A model generated the notes under the pieces. That model made no database searches. It was not told where the DNA came from and saw only the letters and a program-made list of their open reading frames with translations. DNA of 63,197 bases, filler included, from Sluysia triapertura (lineage: Eukaryota): assembly GCA_046118255.1 (NCBI GenBank). It is 5 parts of 5 records of this genome, joined end to end, with 100 filler letters (N's around TTAATTAATTAA, not from the genome) between each part and the next. Parts side by side here need not be neighbours in the genome. Positions count along the whole stretch, not along the records: positions 13,092 to 26,743 come from JBJNIA010027615.1; positions 26,844 to 38,797 come from JBJNIA010153161.1; 3 more parts are not named here. One strand, given 5' to 3'. Positions 13,092 to 27,789 of the stretch are shown here, in pieces (positions within the stretch are counted from its first letter, which is position 1; each line of letters begins with the position of its first letter). Both the position numbers and the translations under genes were made by a program.

Positions 13092-15389
13092 ATGCTATTA
13101 ATATGCTATTATTATGCTATATGTTTTAATGTGAAAATTTTATATTTGCATTTTAAAAAAATATGAATAAATTAAACAATTAAACAATTATGTTTTAATT
13201 TTATAACAATTTTTACTATTTTATTTATAACTTTGTAATAGATAAATTCCTTTTGTTTATCCTTGGTACATCAATCATTTATATATTGTTTTGTTTTATT
13301 TCTAGGTTATCCGTTGAAAATTATGAGTAATATCTGTAAGTAACAGCAACCAGAAAGTTGTGTTTACTCGTGAAACAATCAATGTTAGTAGAGATAAGAA
13401 CTAGTTAAGAAATTATTTATGTATTTCATTAAAACAAACTATATGTAAAAAAGCTCCACCTTAGCGTTGTAAATTCAGATGATAAAATAGACATTCACTG
13501 AATTTGTGCAAAATTAATTTAGAGATATATAATTCTTTTTTATTTTATATCTTCAATGCTTTCATTTTTACTTTCCGTCTAACAAAAATATGTATGCATT
13601 TAAAAAATTTAAAACAACCATATAAAGAAACACATTATTCTACAATATAAAAATTCAGAAAGTCAATAAAAATAATTTAAATTATTAAATTCATGAAAAT
13701 AAAACATATTTTCGAAAAAAGAAAAGAATATTTTAGAATTATAAAAACACAAATAATTTTGCCAAAATTTTAAAAAATATTTTTCATTTGATTTTAGGAT
13801 AAAGTGCTTAGACGCCATTTTTGTTTAGCAATTCTATCAATGAAAATTTTCATTTTGATTCGAGCTTGTGCATTTCAATTTCAAAATTTCAATTTTTTTG
13901 TGTTCCGTTTTTGGATAAGTTATTTATGATAAGGTGATTTTAAATATTGGAGTTAAATTTACAAAATATACGAAAAATCTTGTTAAATTAAATTTAAATC
14001 CCAGATTAATTAGGAGTAAATTTAATTATTAAAATTATCCATCGAAAATATATTAAAGGCTGCAAAAAATTTTAATTTTAAAATTCATTTTTATTTCCTG
14101 TTCTTCTACTCTTTATAAAACCATATTGAAAAAATTTATGTCAATAAATTTTTTTGGTATTAATTGATTGTTTTTAGTGAAGCAAAAGTAAAATCATTTT
14201 TAAGTTATAGAAAAATAAGTTCGTTTATTTAAAATAAAAAACAGATCCACAAAATTAGATTAAGGTGTTAACTTTAGTAGTTACAGATATGGCCACTTCA
14301 CGTCCTAAGCGTTACTTTAGCCGGACCCTGCTCAATTTTATTTTGCTATAGGTTTGAAGTTAACAAAAATAACTAATGAATTTATTGGAAGGGTAAAGTA
14401 AAGTAGAAACGTTATTGTTTAAATTTTTCATTTTAATGTTTTATAAACTTTCCTACGATGTAAAGTATTCAATTTATTGCAAACAAAACCAATAATATAT
14501 AAAATAGTTTTAACTTCTTATGGGCCTCAGTTGATTGTACACATTGCAGTACAAAATTAAAATGTAACAACACACAAATTAATAACTTTGTAACAATATC
14601 ATTACATGATCGAATATTTTTATCAGTATATTATATAGTTAATTATCTGTATCCATGTTTCAGAATAAAATGAAAGTTTCGATATTGGATATAAACAACA
14701 AACAATTATAAATAATATATTTATTAATTAATTTATTAATAGTCAAATTAATTAATAAATGATATAGTTTTATCTTTATCATTATGCGTGATTTAGAAAA
14801 TGATTTATTTTTATTGATTATTTTGAAGTACACATTTAGGTTTAAAATATATCTTCTTCGTATAATTTTATATACATTTTAATTTTAATAAATTTATAAT
14901 GTAAAGTAACACATCAATATACACAAATTTAGTGTTTGAAATTTTAACTGTGACAACTTTAAAATTATAAATTATATACTCCATGATTTTCTTCATCAAT
15001 TCCAAAAAGGAACCTTATAACTAATACAAAAGGTAGTATTAGTAGTAGTTTGATCTTTATTTATAGAATAGTTTCATTTCATCTAAAAGTGTTCAAAATT
15101 TTGCTTATTATTTTATCATACAGTTTCATTGGAGTTGGGAACTTTATTAAAGAACTTTCTGACTCATTAAAATTATCAAAAGAACTAAAAAGCTTCATAG
15201 ACTTGATAATGTACATTAATAGGAGCAAAATTAAGGCAATCGAATTTTATTTGTATTTTACTTCAAATTTACTTCAACGAAAAAGACAAAAATTTATTTG
15301 TCAGTTATTTTTTTTTAATTTTAATTTTAATTTTAATTTGTAGCAAAAGGGAAAAATTGACTGATAACTTACAAATATAAAGAATTATT

Positions 15390-15896
15390 TTATTCATCAA
15401 CGTATTCACCACCATTGTCTATTGACTTGGCTATTTCAGCGGAAGGTTGTTCAGGCTGGTGGTATTGTTTTCCTATTATCAAGTAGTCCAAATTGCGCAA
15501 AAAGAGGTAGTCAATGGATTTTAGGGCTTGTGAGTATGAAGGATGAAGAATAGGTTCGAACTCCATTTCTGTTGTTTTGCTACATCTTGTGCATTGTGTG
15601 GTTTAGTGTCCACCTCTTAACTAATATTGTTTTCCTTAAGTTTTTGAAAAGTTTCATCCATTTGGTTGCTGTGTTTAATGAGCCAGATTTTAACATCTGT
15701 GCTCTCATCATCAAATTATCATCATCAGTATCTTTTGATGAATGTTGCGCTTTGGAGTGTGTTGTGGTGATTCATCCTTGTCCAAACATTGTAATGAATG
15801 TTTGCAATTGTCGTAGTGAATCAATTTCTCATTACAAGTAATAATTCGATTCAACAATGGATCAAACATTATAAAGCTTATAAAGCAAGCTTCTAA
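15390..15896 (-). mobile_element. Degenerate mariner transposase (catalytic region)
   Basis: LEACF...DPLLNRIITCNEKLIHYDNCKHSLQCLDKDESPQHTPKRNIHQK (cf. RIVTCDEKW.LYDN), followed by HPSYSQALKSIDYLFLRNLD (cf. HPPYSPDLAPxDY) and a C-terminus DNGGEYVDE*. Confidence 0.85.
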
Positions 15897-16209
15897 ACTC
15901 ACAAAACTCATCCAACTAAATATGAAAATGCATATCTGACGAAGGCTAAACAAGACACAAAATTTGTTTATGCGTAATTTTATAAACAAATTATCTCGAT
16001 GTCATTTCGAAAATTTTAAAAATAGTAACAATATATAATATTTTAAAAATTAAATTTCTATATTTTTAGTATTTATAAAAATAATATATATTAATTTTAA
16101 AATATGGTGATACTTTCTTGTTGTTTAGTGTTTTCTTAAATTTAATTTTCATATTTTATTTTGATGAATTAAAAATTTTTTCAGTTTTATAAAGTGGAAA
16201 TAATATATA

Positions 16210-16475
16210 ATAGGAAAAGAAATAAAATGATACCCCCACTTAATGTCGGTAAATTGGAAAATCCACAAAATGATACAGATATGATGGCAAATTACGTCAC
16301 TCACGTTTTAAGCATTCATGAATCAGTGAAGCAAATATTAAACAAATTTAATTTAAACATTTATTAAAAGGTAAACATATCTGATTCGGATCCAGTTTGT
16401 ATATCTAAACACTTTTCATAAACAAATGATTTCATTAATGAAGCTTGTTCTAAAGATGGAAATTCATTGGTTCAT
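16210..16475 (+). pseudogene. Dual-specificity phosphatase (DUSP15/22-like) 5' fragment, truncated before the catalytic HCxxGxxR
   Basis: MIPPLNVGKLENPQNDTDMMANYVTHVLSIHESVKQILNKFNLNIY*KVNISDSDPVCISKHFS*TNDFINEACSKDGNSLVH aligns with the DSP pattern LYIG...VTHILSVH...D...L.RHF...FI....G..LVHC. In-frame TAA stops lie at 16365 and 16419. Confidence 0.8.
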
Positions 16476-17420
16476 AGACGAACTCTGTTAAATCATTTAA
16501 TGATGCTGCTAAAAACATAACATTTGAAAGATTTTTGCAAATGCTCAGAACAAAAGAAAAGTTCAATATAAAGAAAAAATTAGATTATCGTGATGTTTTA
16601 TATCACGTGTCGAAATGTTTGATTATAAATATTACGGAAATTCAAGATGACTACTGAATACTTGAAATTATGAAATATGTTTAAATGATAAAATCAAGAT
16701 TTCAAAGTTCAAAATTTCATATTGTATAACATGGGATTCTTGAGTGAGAAAAAATATTAGTTAGTATATGAAGTGCGAAGCAACAAAATTCCTCTGCCCT
16801 TACGCAATTGATGGAAGTAATGATGTAACTTTGATGAAACATTATATTGTTTTCGCTTTTCAAAATGACAATAGAATGAGGTTTGTTATAAGTGATATTA
16901 TTAAACTAATAATTAGTAGTAAAATTAAAGATTTTAATGTTTATGACTGTTTAAGTGAACACAAGGATTTAAAAAATTGCGTGACAGATAATCTTGAAAT
17001 GTTTTGAGAATATTTTAATGCTTTTTATGTAACATTTTGATTGAATATGTCGGATTACTTCGTAATCATGTACAATTATATCGCCCTTCCGTGTTTACTA
17101 TTATGTTCACCATCCATATCCTAGAATAGTTAGTGAAGAATCAAGTATTGGAACCACATACGTTATTTAAATTCTGCACAAGTTCGATAAAGTTATAAAT
17201 GAATATTTGGCGTCGCAAATAAAAAGCCGTTTAAGAGTTAAAGAAAATTTGAAGACCAATGGATTTCATGATAGCATCTGGATGCTTGTGATTAATGAAG
17301 CAGAGGTCAGCATGTTCCTTCATCTTGCTATCTATATAAGTTGCTTATGATGCAAAAGTCCACAGAAGTAATAGTTTTTAAAAGTAATTCGTTTTTAAAG
17401 AACTTAAATGGTGTTTGTAA
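16476..17420 (+). mobile_element. Heavily degraded hAT-like transposase
   Basis: YAIDGSNDVTLMKHY resembles the first catalytic DxSxD motif of hAT-type transposases. The flanking frames are broken by many stops and shifts. Confidence 0.45.
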
Positions 17421-17578
17421 TTTTTTAATAGACTTTTGGATGTTTATTTTTGTTTTTTTGCAATGGAGATATTAAGTCGAAACATAGAGGATCAGGAAAT
17501 ATATGTTTCCTTAAGTCGAGATTAGGAGAACAATCTCCAATTGTTGATAAACACGAAAATTTAAGTCCTCAAATGTTT

Positions 17579-19010
17579 CAAAAGTAGAGGACACCCCCTA
17601 TTTTTGCTGTAGATACAAACACACTTTATACTATTTAATACTATTTAATAAATAAAACACGAATAAACTATTACTTATTCATAGTTTCCAGTTTTAATCC
17701 ACTTTTAAATACTATATTGTATTTAGTTAAATATCATATCAAAATTATAGGACACATTAAACAAACGTTTTATTTAAGAGACTGTACAACGTCTTGTACA
17801 AAATTAGTGTTTTATTGATGCTCCTAATTTTTTCAATAAATCTACACCCATTTTGTCATGAATTTAATCAATGTATTTACAATCTTTTTCCAAGCATCCA
17901 ATATTGCATTTTTAACTCAGATATATTGTTCTACTGTTTTCCTTGACTGTAAGCCTTAAAGGATAATTGAGACCATAAATTTTTTATTGGATTGAAGTCA
18001 GGAGATCTTCCTTTTAACGCTCTAATACTTTTAATCCATCTTCACTGAACTTATTAAGAACAGTTGTAGATCAGTTTCGATGACAATGAGCGGATCCTGC
18101 TGAAAGATGATATTAATATTTTCTGGAAGTTTGACATACGAAACTACTACTTCTTTTATCTAATCATAGCATTTATCACCATTAATAGTTGATGAATCCA
18201 ACCTCAAAGCTAGCTTTTATCATAAATTAGGACACCACATACCATAACTGATCCTCCGCCACAAATTCTCTTAGAAAATATTTCTTTTGAATCCTTTAGA
18301 TGATTCCAATATTATTTGCAACCATCATGACCATCCAAATTAAATTTCTTCTCATCTGAGAATATTATCTTAGGTTAGTCATTGTATTTATTAATATGAA
18401 TTTCGGCAAAGTTAATTCTTGCTATTTTAGCAAGTATTTTAATGAATTCGACTTAAGCACTATTTTTACTATTCTCCATACTGTTGTTTTGCTTTAAATC
18501 TGATATGAGAGTTACAGAAAATGTTGTATTTTTCGCTTACCTTATTAAACTCATTTTCTGTCAATTAGAATGTGCCTTAGGACGGCCCATTTGTTTCCAT
18601 TGCTTTTTATAACTATTATCTAAATAAGTGGATATCACATGTCTTGCTATGTTTAACTTTTGGTAATAGTTGCACTACTTTCTCCTTTTTTGAGTTAAAA
18701 AAAAGAAGTATTGGATGATTGGAAAAAAGATTGAAATAAAAAGTGTAAATAAATACATTAATACATTGATGACAAAAAGGTATGTAGAGGTATTGAAAAA
18801 CTCAGGAACATCAATAAAATACTAATTGTGTACAATACGTTGTAGTCTCTTAAATAAAACGTTTGTATAATGTGTCCCATACGTTTGAAATGAAATTTAT
18901 TTAACTAAATGCACTATAGTATTTAAAAGTGTATTAAAATTGGAAACTATAAATAATTAATAGTTTATTCGTGTATAGTGGGTGTCCTATACTTGTCTTG
19001 TCCGATAGAG
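17579..19010 (-). mobile_element. Tc3-like (Tc1 family) element with decayed transposase (~17804..18690) and long inverted arms
   Basis: Motifs include MGRPKAHS, IIFSDEKKFNLDGHDG, FSKRICGGGSVMV, IIFQQD, RSPDFNPIKNLW and VKNAILDAWKKI, all Tc3-like. The terminal motifs are AAAAGTAGAGGACACCC (left) and GGGTGTCCTATACTT (right). Confidence 0.9.
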
Positions 19011-22000
19011 AATAACATTTATTTAACCAATAAAAGTAATGTGTAAATTTGAAATATAAACAAAACATCAAAAGTCTGTAAATCTAAAAAATTTCAATGT
19101 TTTACGAAGAAATGTTTAGTTTAAATGCATTATTAAATCCTTTTTTAAATGTTTAATTTCCATCTTATAACTGTTTCATGTAGCTGTCATTTAAAAAATA
19201 TTATTCTGTGACATATGATGGAGTTTAATCGAAGCGAAATGAAAAAGTTGGAATGAATGCGCTAGCAATTGAGAAGAAAATTAACCAGTGCTTGGCACCG
19301 GTAATATTATTTTCTATTTCCTAATAGAAAACTAACCTATTATTATACAGATATCACTTTCTATAAGTAGTGGTCAATAAAAATGATCAATTTTTGTGAA
19401 ATTGTTATATAATTCCGAAAGCACTCAAAGGAGACAATAATTCTATAAAGTTTGAGAATCGATAGTCTAAAATATTATATTTACGTAGAACATAAAGCAA
19501 ATTTAAATTTAATTAATATTGCTTATCCCATTCATTATTAATTAGAAATAAATTTTCGAAAATTAATCATTGATTCTTTTTAATTTAAAGTACAGTATAA
19601 TTTTTTAATAATAATTTTTTTGTTTATTCGTATTTATGTTATGCTTTTATTTTATTTAATAAACGTTTTTCTTTAACTCTTAATCTAAGGCAAAATATTT
19701 TTGGGGTAGGGTCCGTTTACAATAAACATCTTATATCGTAAAGAGGGCGCTTCTGTAACAATATAAGCTAATAGTTTATCTAAACTCAAATGTTGTATGG
19801 TTAGTGTTTTATGATCGCTCAAAAGTATTAATTTAATAATTTGTTAAACAACAAAGAAGTATTAATTTTTTATTTAAAATACAAAAATTCTTAAATAGAT
19901 CGAGCAAGCAAAAATAATTAATTTATCGATTAAAGCTCCTTGAACATTTAATCTAGTGCTAATATATTATGAGTGAATTTTAACCCTAAATATATCTGGA
20001 CGTAAAAACTAGAATTTAATATAAAATTTACCTATATTTTATGATTTCTACTTCGAAAGTATGGACATTGATATTGTTCAGAGGATAATCTATGAATAAC
20101 AGTAAAGTGTGAACCATTACTTAGACTACACAATTTCTCGAATCATACAGTAAACGGAAGGGAAGTGAATAAAAATTGTTTGTTTCAAAAGGGTGATTTT
20201 CATTTTATTGATTCTAGAAGCTTTTATTTTTAGAAGCTAATTTTCTTTTTTGGAAAATTATTTTTAAAGTAATTTTAAAGATTAAAAAATGGCTTTAATG
20301 TGTTTTATATGATTTTAATTAATTTTTTGATAGTTTTAAATAATTTTAAAGTGTTATGATATTTTTAAGTTATTTTGTAAGGTTGTGATCATTACTTACA
20401 ATACATTGTTAAAAAGTCAAATATTAAATACATAATTCTTGTGCATATTATTTATTTTCAAAGCATATTAGAGATTTTGCGAAGTTGTAACTATTTTCTA
20501 ATTTTAATACTATTCATCAAATGGAACTTGGAAAATATTTAATTTCAAAAATTTGCAAATACAAAAACTTAAATCATGTTCAACGATAAATGTTAAATTA
20601 AAATTAAAATTGTTACTCTCACCTTTTACCACGATTTTACCAAATAGAAATACTCCAATGAATAATTTCGAAGAAAGTTATGAACAATGTATTAGTAAAA
20701 ATAGCAAAATCAATTACTTAACAATATTAATTTTCACATAAAACAATTCTAACAATATTAAAAAATTGTTATAATTTGCTACTAATATTCTGTATTATCT
20801 GTTAAATGTTACACTTCATTGTTACATACTTTTAAATATCCATTAAACAATCTTCGACTGTCGAGCCATATTTATTATCTACATATTTTTCATATTTTCA
20901 TAGTTAGCATTTCATTTAATAATATCTGTCATTCATATTACTTGTACTCCTATTATGATTTACTTAAATTTTGATTATTTTCGCAAAAATATGTCATTTA
21001 TTCATTTAATATTAATACAAAGGAATATTTAAAGATCTGGTCTTGAACTCTAAGCTTTGTAAAATTTATTCTTTCATTTTCTTTGATATATCTTTCACAA
21101 ATAATGCAATATGCATCTAATTATTAACAAAAATGAACTTCATCAGATAACAAGATATTTCTTAATCGAACCAAATCCAATCATATCTTGAAATAAAGAT
21201 AACATTATTTTAACAATGTTTTTGTAAATAATTCTAAAAATGTATTTTTGTATAATTAAGTTAATTAAATTAAATAACAAATTAATTAACTCTTGACCTT
21301 GTAATGAAATTAACTGTTACTATTCAGAGTGGAAATGTAAATTTGACGAAAAGAATAATTTTGATAATTCGCGTGCACAGTCTACCCACATTCCAACTTT
21401 ATTTCTTATCAACAATAAAAAATTGTAAAATAGTGAAATTATAACTTTTGAAAATCATAAATTATAATATCACTGAAATAAAGTGAAATTGAAAAAGTTA
21501 TTTTTACAGTATGCTTCAAATGTTTACAAGCAATTTAACAAGAAATACAATTGGTTCAGTAAAACAAATTTATATTTTTTACTAAATAATAAAAATATTA
21601 ATAAATAAATAAATAATAAATTCACCAATAATAATAAAAATAATTTTAATATTAAAACAAACTTGGTTAATTAAACTATTTTAACAAAATAAACAAATTA
21701 TAATGTCATAATATCAAATTTCACATTACAAGCTTGAATCTCATTTTGTCGTACTTAAATAAACAAAATCTTAAATAAATTTTTTGCTTCTAGTTATAAT
21801 TTTATTGAATAAATTTATTTTAAAAATTCACTTGAAATATAATTTTTTATTTTACTATTTTTAACATTAATATATTGTATGATCAAAAAATAATGCACGT
21901 ACAAAATAACTGTATGTCAATATTATAATTTTGTATTCAGCTATTTGTTTAGTTTTTTGACTGAATATTGCATAATGACTTCGAAAGATTTTAAATTTTA

Positions 22001-25000
22001 TAAGGACTTCCCAGTTTCATGTCATATCATAAATATCAGAAAACCATAATCAACGTTAATTCACAATAATTATTCGAATTTTTGAAAATGTTTAGACTTT
22101 TAAAATTATACTTTTCAATTTGACGTAAATAGAAATTAATTTTAAAACTATAAATATAATTAAAATAATTTATAATGTTAGGTTGACATCATTCATATCC
22201 TCATTTGAGAAATAATAATAATTGAAAGTGATAAAATTAAAAAATTAATTTGTTCAAAAAATTGTTTACTCAATAAACAAGTAATTATTTTAAATTAAAT
22301 AATTTCTATTTATAAATGTAAGTAAAAAGTAAAGTTAAAAATAAATTTATATTCTAAGATGTGAATGTGGTTGAAAGTAATTTGTTGAAAACCAATATAT
22401 AAATTAAACATTATTCACAGCATACAACATTGGTGATTGCAATTAGATTTCATTTTTAAAATTTTCTGACAACACAGTAAATTTAATATTTTCTTAAGAT
22501 GAACCGCTTAGTAAATCTTAAAATCCACGTAAAATCATTTTATAATCATCTTTCTCGATTCAATGAGACTTTAATCATCATTTAATTGAATATTTTCTTT
22601 GATAATCTTTCATTGATTCTAATATTCTTCAGACTAATAATTTTGGTTTTTTCATTTGCGTCAATTAATTAGATTTTTTATTAAATTTAATTTTAAAATT
22701 AATTTTAATTAATTTCAAAAAGCTATATAATCAAGTATAAATTCAAAAAACCAGCAAGGAAAGTAGTGAATAGTTTTCAAAGAACAGAATTAAGTAAGGT
22801 AAGATATAATAAATTAGAATATCCATGAAAGATAAAATATGAGTATTAGGATAAACACGGATAAACATAAAATATGAATATTAGGATAAACATACATTAT
22901 AATATCGATAAAGTATAATAAATCATTTATTGTAAGCACAGTTACATACACGTCTACTACATATTTATGTCATGTATTAAAACAAATCCTGTCCAAATTT
23001 ATGTTCTTCTTTAGTTGTAAGAAAAACCACACTGATTAGTAAAATATTTCATCTGCATATTTCCAATTTGCTAAATTTAACTCAATTTTTTCACAATATC
23101 ATTATAATTATCAATAATAATTAAGACGAAAATTGTAAATTTTTATTATAATTTTAAAACAATCTATCGACAATATTCTATTGTTACTTTATTATATAGG
23201 CACTTGAAAAGTAGAAATAAATAAGTTCTAACAACAAAAGCACAAATGATAATGAAAATTTGGACTCAAAAAAGGAATATATGAAAATAAATATTAAAAA
23301 TATCCTGATAAAATTTAAATATGTAAATTATTTTTTTAATTAATTAAAAGTTACTATTTTAAAATTAAAATATTACTTATTACTATCATTATTTTAATTG
23401 TACAAAATATAAAAATTTCTTATATATATTAACACCAAAAAAATAATTAATTTTAACTATTAATAATAATATTTTTTCGAAATAATTCAAAAAAATTAAA
23501 ATTAAAAAATGATCATATAATAATTCAAAAGAATTTATTATATTTACACTAGTAAAAACAATATTTTTCATAAATGTCAAATTAGATTTATTGTTACTAT
23601 TTTATGAACATCACTATGATTATTATCACTATTATTACTACTATGATTATTATGATTATTATTCCATTTGATTTTTAATGAAGAAAAAGTATTAGATGGA
23701 AAGACTCAAAACGGTTAGAATAAGTCCATCATATTTAATTAGAAAGTATTGTATAATCTTTCCGTAATTTAACATTCGCTATTTTTGAATATCTTTTATT
23801 TTTTGAAACATAAACAGTATATTACTGAGAATTATTTATGCATCATTATAAGTAAATCATAATTATTAATTCATTTATTATTATCATTTATAGATTTGTG
23901 TCATCATTTAAATTATACTCTTACTTTTATTGGTAATAAATATAATTAAAGTAAGGTGTTATTATAATTAGTTATATTATTTAATAAAATTAAATTACAT
24001 CATTTATTTTATTTTAATTTATGTTATTTAAACAACGATACACAAAAATGCTTTACTTTATTAAGTATCTGTAATTTCTGAATAAAAATCAAAAGATATT
24101 TATAAAAAATGCGTACATAAATTTTAAAATGCATTCCATTAAGTTATATTATAATATATATTTATCTAGAGGCGTCCAAGGCCTCATTCAGTTCGGCGAC
24201 CTATTTCATTAAATAATAATCTGATGGTGCAAGGCCTGAATTACACGACAGGTACGGTACAATCTACTATTTTTTCATAGAAGATATCGAGATTTAGGTT
24301 TGGTTAATTAAAAATGCTTTAATAGTTTCAACAAACTCTAATCACATGCTTTTTATCAATGTTTTTAACTTTACTATCAATTGAGAATTATTATTTTCGA
24401 TTAACCAAATATGAGTCTCGCTAAGTTTTTTAAAGTCATCCCACTTTTCATCATGGGCAAATATTTTATTTAGTTTATTTTAGAATATTTTTACAAATTT
24501 CAATACACAATTAGTGAAATATTTATCAAGAACTTATTTCTGTACAAGGCTAGTTATGGTGTCATATCAAATAATATAAGCTTAGGTTTTTTTGAAATGT
24601 TTAACCAATGATATCATTTTTGAAAAGTATGCACTTTTGTAGCTTTAACACCGTCAAGATGACAAAATTATTGTAGATTTGTTGCTTTGTTGCTGCCATA
24701 ACCAAAATTTCAATGTTTTGTTATTGCAATTTATTAAAATATAGTAAATTCCTTTAAATTTTAAAATTTAATTATGTAAATATTTAACCCATTAGAATTT
24801 ATGAATTTATGAATTTATGTCGTTATAAAGTATGTACAAAACAAAAATGAATCCCATTGGATCAAATTATTTTAAGTACGGTATAATATAGAGTTGCTAA
24901 AATGTTTAAACATTTATTTTAAACTTAATTTAAACTTCATTTTAGTATCAAACTTATATTTATTTTATAAGTATCTATTCTAAAAGAAAATATGAATGAA

Positions 25001-26548
25001 AATTTTATCTCCTACAAATAATAAAATAAATATCAAATAAAAATATAAAGTCCTTCGTCTATTTACACTTTATTGAATAAATTTAATGAATGAAATTATA
25101 TATTACCTATTTTATTATTTAACATTTTTTTAAATTATATTAATAATATTTTTAGGATAATTATTTCCAGAAATATTATATTTCTACTTATGACTGTTAT
25201 TATCATGTAACATTTTCATAAATATAGTACAAATTAATTGCTTTGTTAATTCATTTTTCGATTATGAAACCAATAATAATTTTTGATTTTTATATTTGAG
25301 TTAGAGTAATTCTACGAATACTAATAAGAAATAAAAATAAATTGATAAATATATTGCACAAACACGTGCATTTCGTTTTATATTATTATCATTGTATTAT
25401 TGATCAGAATAAAAATAAATTGTTTTAATAAACTAAAAGTTATATTTTAAATGAAATTATTTTTAAATTTACCATTACGTTTATTTTTATAGATCATTCA
25501 ATGAGAATGAAACTTTTCATTCATTAATGTGTTTGGGGCGAAATTAAAAATTTCCATTAAATAAACACAAACTTGTTTGTCGAATAACATTCTGATAACA
25601 TAAATAGAATATTCAATACATAAGTCAGCAATGATAGAATAACATGTGATGTTATAATTTTGAATTAATTGAAAGTAATTGAATTAATTGAATTAATTAC
25701 AACAGAAAATCAACAAATATTACGCCATTTGAGATTCAAAAAACAAAACAATATTTTATTTTGTTATTTTTTGAAAATAAATAAAATAATTATTTAAATT
25801 TAAAAAACGATATATAAATTTTATTTTGATAGGGTTTATTACCTTGAATATTTTAAATTTAATTATATTATTAATAAGACAATACATTTTATTACTACTT
25901 CTTATGTAAAATTTTAATTTTTAAAAAATTTATAATTACTATGTTAAAATGATTAATACATTATAAATAATAAATGTCAATTAAATAAGGCAAGATATAA
26001 TCTTATTTTAATTACATTGTATATGTTTACATTGAAAAATATTTTTATTTTAGTCAAAATAGTTACTCTATTTCATAATATACATTGAATTTTTATAACA
26101 TATGCTTTCGTATTATTTAGTAAACTTTAGTAAGAAATTCTTTTCATTAAAATGTAAGATGCATAAGCCATATTATTTATGGTTAAATATTTCACTATTT
26201 ATTATAATTCATATAAATTAAATTATTTATTTATTTATTATTTTTTAGTGTTTAACTTGTTTTAAATACTAATTGTCAACAAATATGTTTTAATTCCTTT
26301 TAAATATAGCTAAAATTAACAAATTATTGAAATTTGATTTATTTTGTAAAAAGCAAACTTTTAGTTTATATTACATAAACTAATGTAACATTATAAATAA
26401 AACATAGAAAATTAATATAAATGCATTTGAAATTAAAATTGATTATTTTAAAAATAAATTTCCGTAAATAAAATGAATTTTCATAAAATTTATAATAAAT
26501 AAACATAAACACTGATGTGGTTAAATTCAAATAACATTTACAATATCA

Positions 26549-26550
<2 letters not shown>

Positions 26551-26597
<47 letters not shown>

Positions 26598-26613
26598 TAA
26601 TAATAATAATAAT
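26551..26613. repeat. (AAT)n microsatellite, one GAT interruption
   Basis: Seen directly; it explains the poly-Ile ORF 26527..26712. Confidence 0.95.
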
Positions 26614-26743
26614 TGATAGAATAGCGACCAAATTTAGAGATATAAACAAGAAATGCATGCACTGTTTACATAACTTTAAAAATATATAATAATAAACAAT
26701 AAAATATTTCAATACAAATTCTTAGTAATTGTAAAATAATTAT

Positions 26744-26843
26744 NNNNNNNNNNNNNNNNNNNNNNNNNNNNNNNNNNNNNNNNNNNNTTAATTAATTAAN
26801 NNNNNNNNNNNNNNNNNNNNNNNNNNNNNNNNNNNNNNNNNNN
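26744..26843. other. Artificial assembly spacer
   Basis: N44-TTAATTAATTAA-N44. Confidence 0.99.
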
Positions 26844-27400
26844 ATATTAGTTGATTTGTTGGTGTATATGAGTTAATGAGGTGTTGTGATTATCGAATGT
26901 TGTTTTATGATGTTTGTGTTTGTGTACTTCGGAAGTAAAAAGTATGGTTATTGTGAAAATTGCATTTTAGTGAAATTTGATTTATGGATATTAGATTTGG
27001 TATTTTGATTGGATTTGAATTATGAGTGTTGACCACTACATTTATTTTGGAATGTTGAATTTTTTATATTTAAAATGAGGAAAAGATAATGAATTGAATA
27101 TGATTGCTCTGAAAGAGGATAATCTAAAAGTAATTTTGAAATGTTTACAGTGTTTTTTTTTGAGAATATTAACCATAAGAACCAATTTTCCATAAGAAAA
27201 TTTGGTATGGAAAACTGAATATCAATCAAATTCTAAAAATCAAATTAATTATTTTTACGTATGTTAACAATAATAATGATTGTTATATTAATGTGAGAAG
27301 TAATTTAAGTATAGATAGATTGAGTAGAGTAGATGGAAATAATTGATGATCATAAATCAATTTTTTGTGTTCTGTATTTAGAAAACTTTGACAGGCTATA
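26844..27400 (-). repeat. R1 repeat copy (minus)
   Basis: TTTTCCATAAGAAAATTTGGTATGGAAAACTGAATATCAATCAAATTCTAAAAA is the reverse complement of about 28985..29045. Its continuation matches 42960..43100. Confidence 0.75.
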
Positions 27401-27789
27401 CCATGTAACTGTCAAAATTATTATTATCGTTTTAATTCTCAACGATATTACAAATGAATTAAATAAAAGTCACTAAATCTCAAAATTAACAATACTTTTG
27501 TGGAAACGCTAAGAATACCATAATCTATCCAAAGAAACCATAGGTGACGCAACTAACAAATTCAAATTTTTGTTAACACTTCCAAAGAATAATTCTTTAA
27601 ATAATTAAATATTTCAACAATCAAATTAGTCTGAAATCTCAATATGTCTTCCAATAAAACAGAAAAGAAAAAAGTAATTAATTAACTAATTAATATCTTC
27701 TAAATAAAAGTTATTAACGGCAAATCGTCTTTACTCGTCGATTAATCAAAAAACAAAATATTTAAAACAACCGTAAATAATTAAAGAGA

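Noticed and set aside
15572-15841. 89-aa plus-strand ORF (likewise 10282..10563, 12246..12434, 59672..59917)
   Set aside because: Antisense to transposase remnants.
26527-26712. Poly-Ile ORF
   Set aside because: Translation of the (AAT)n microsatellite.
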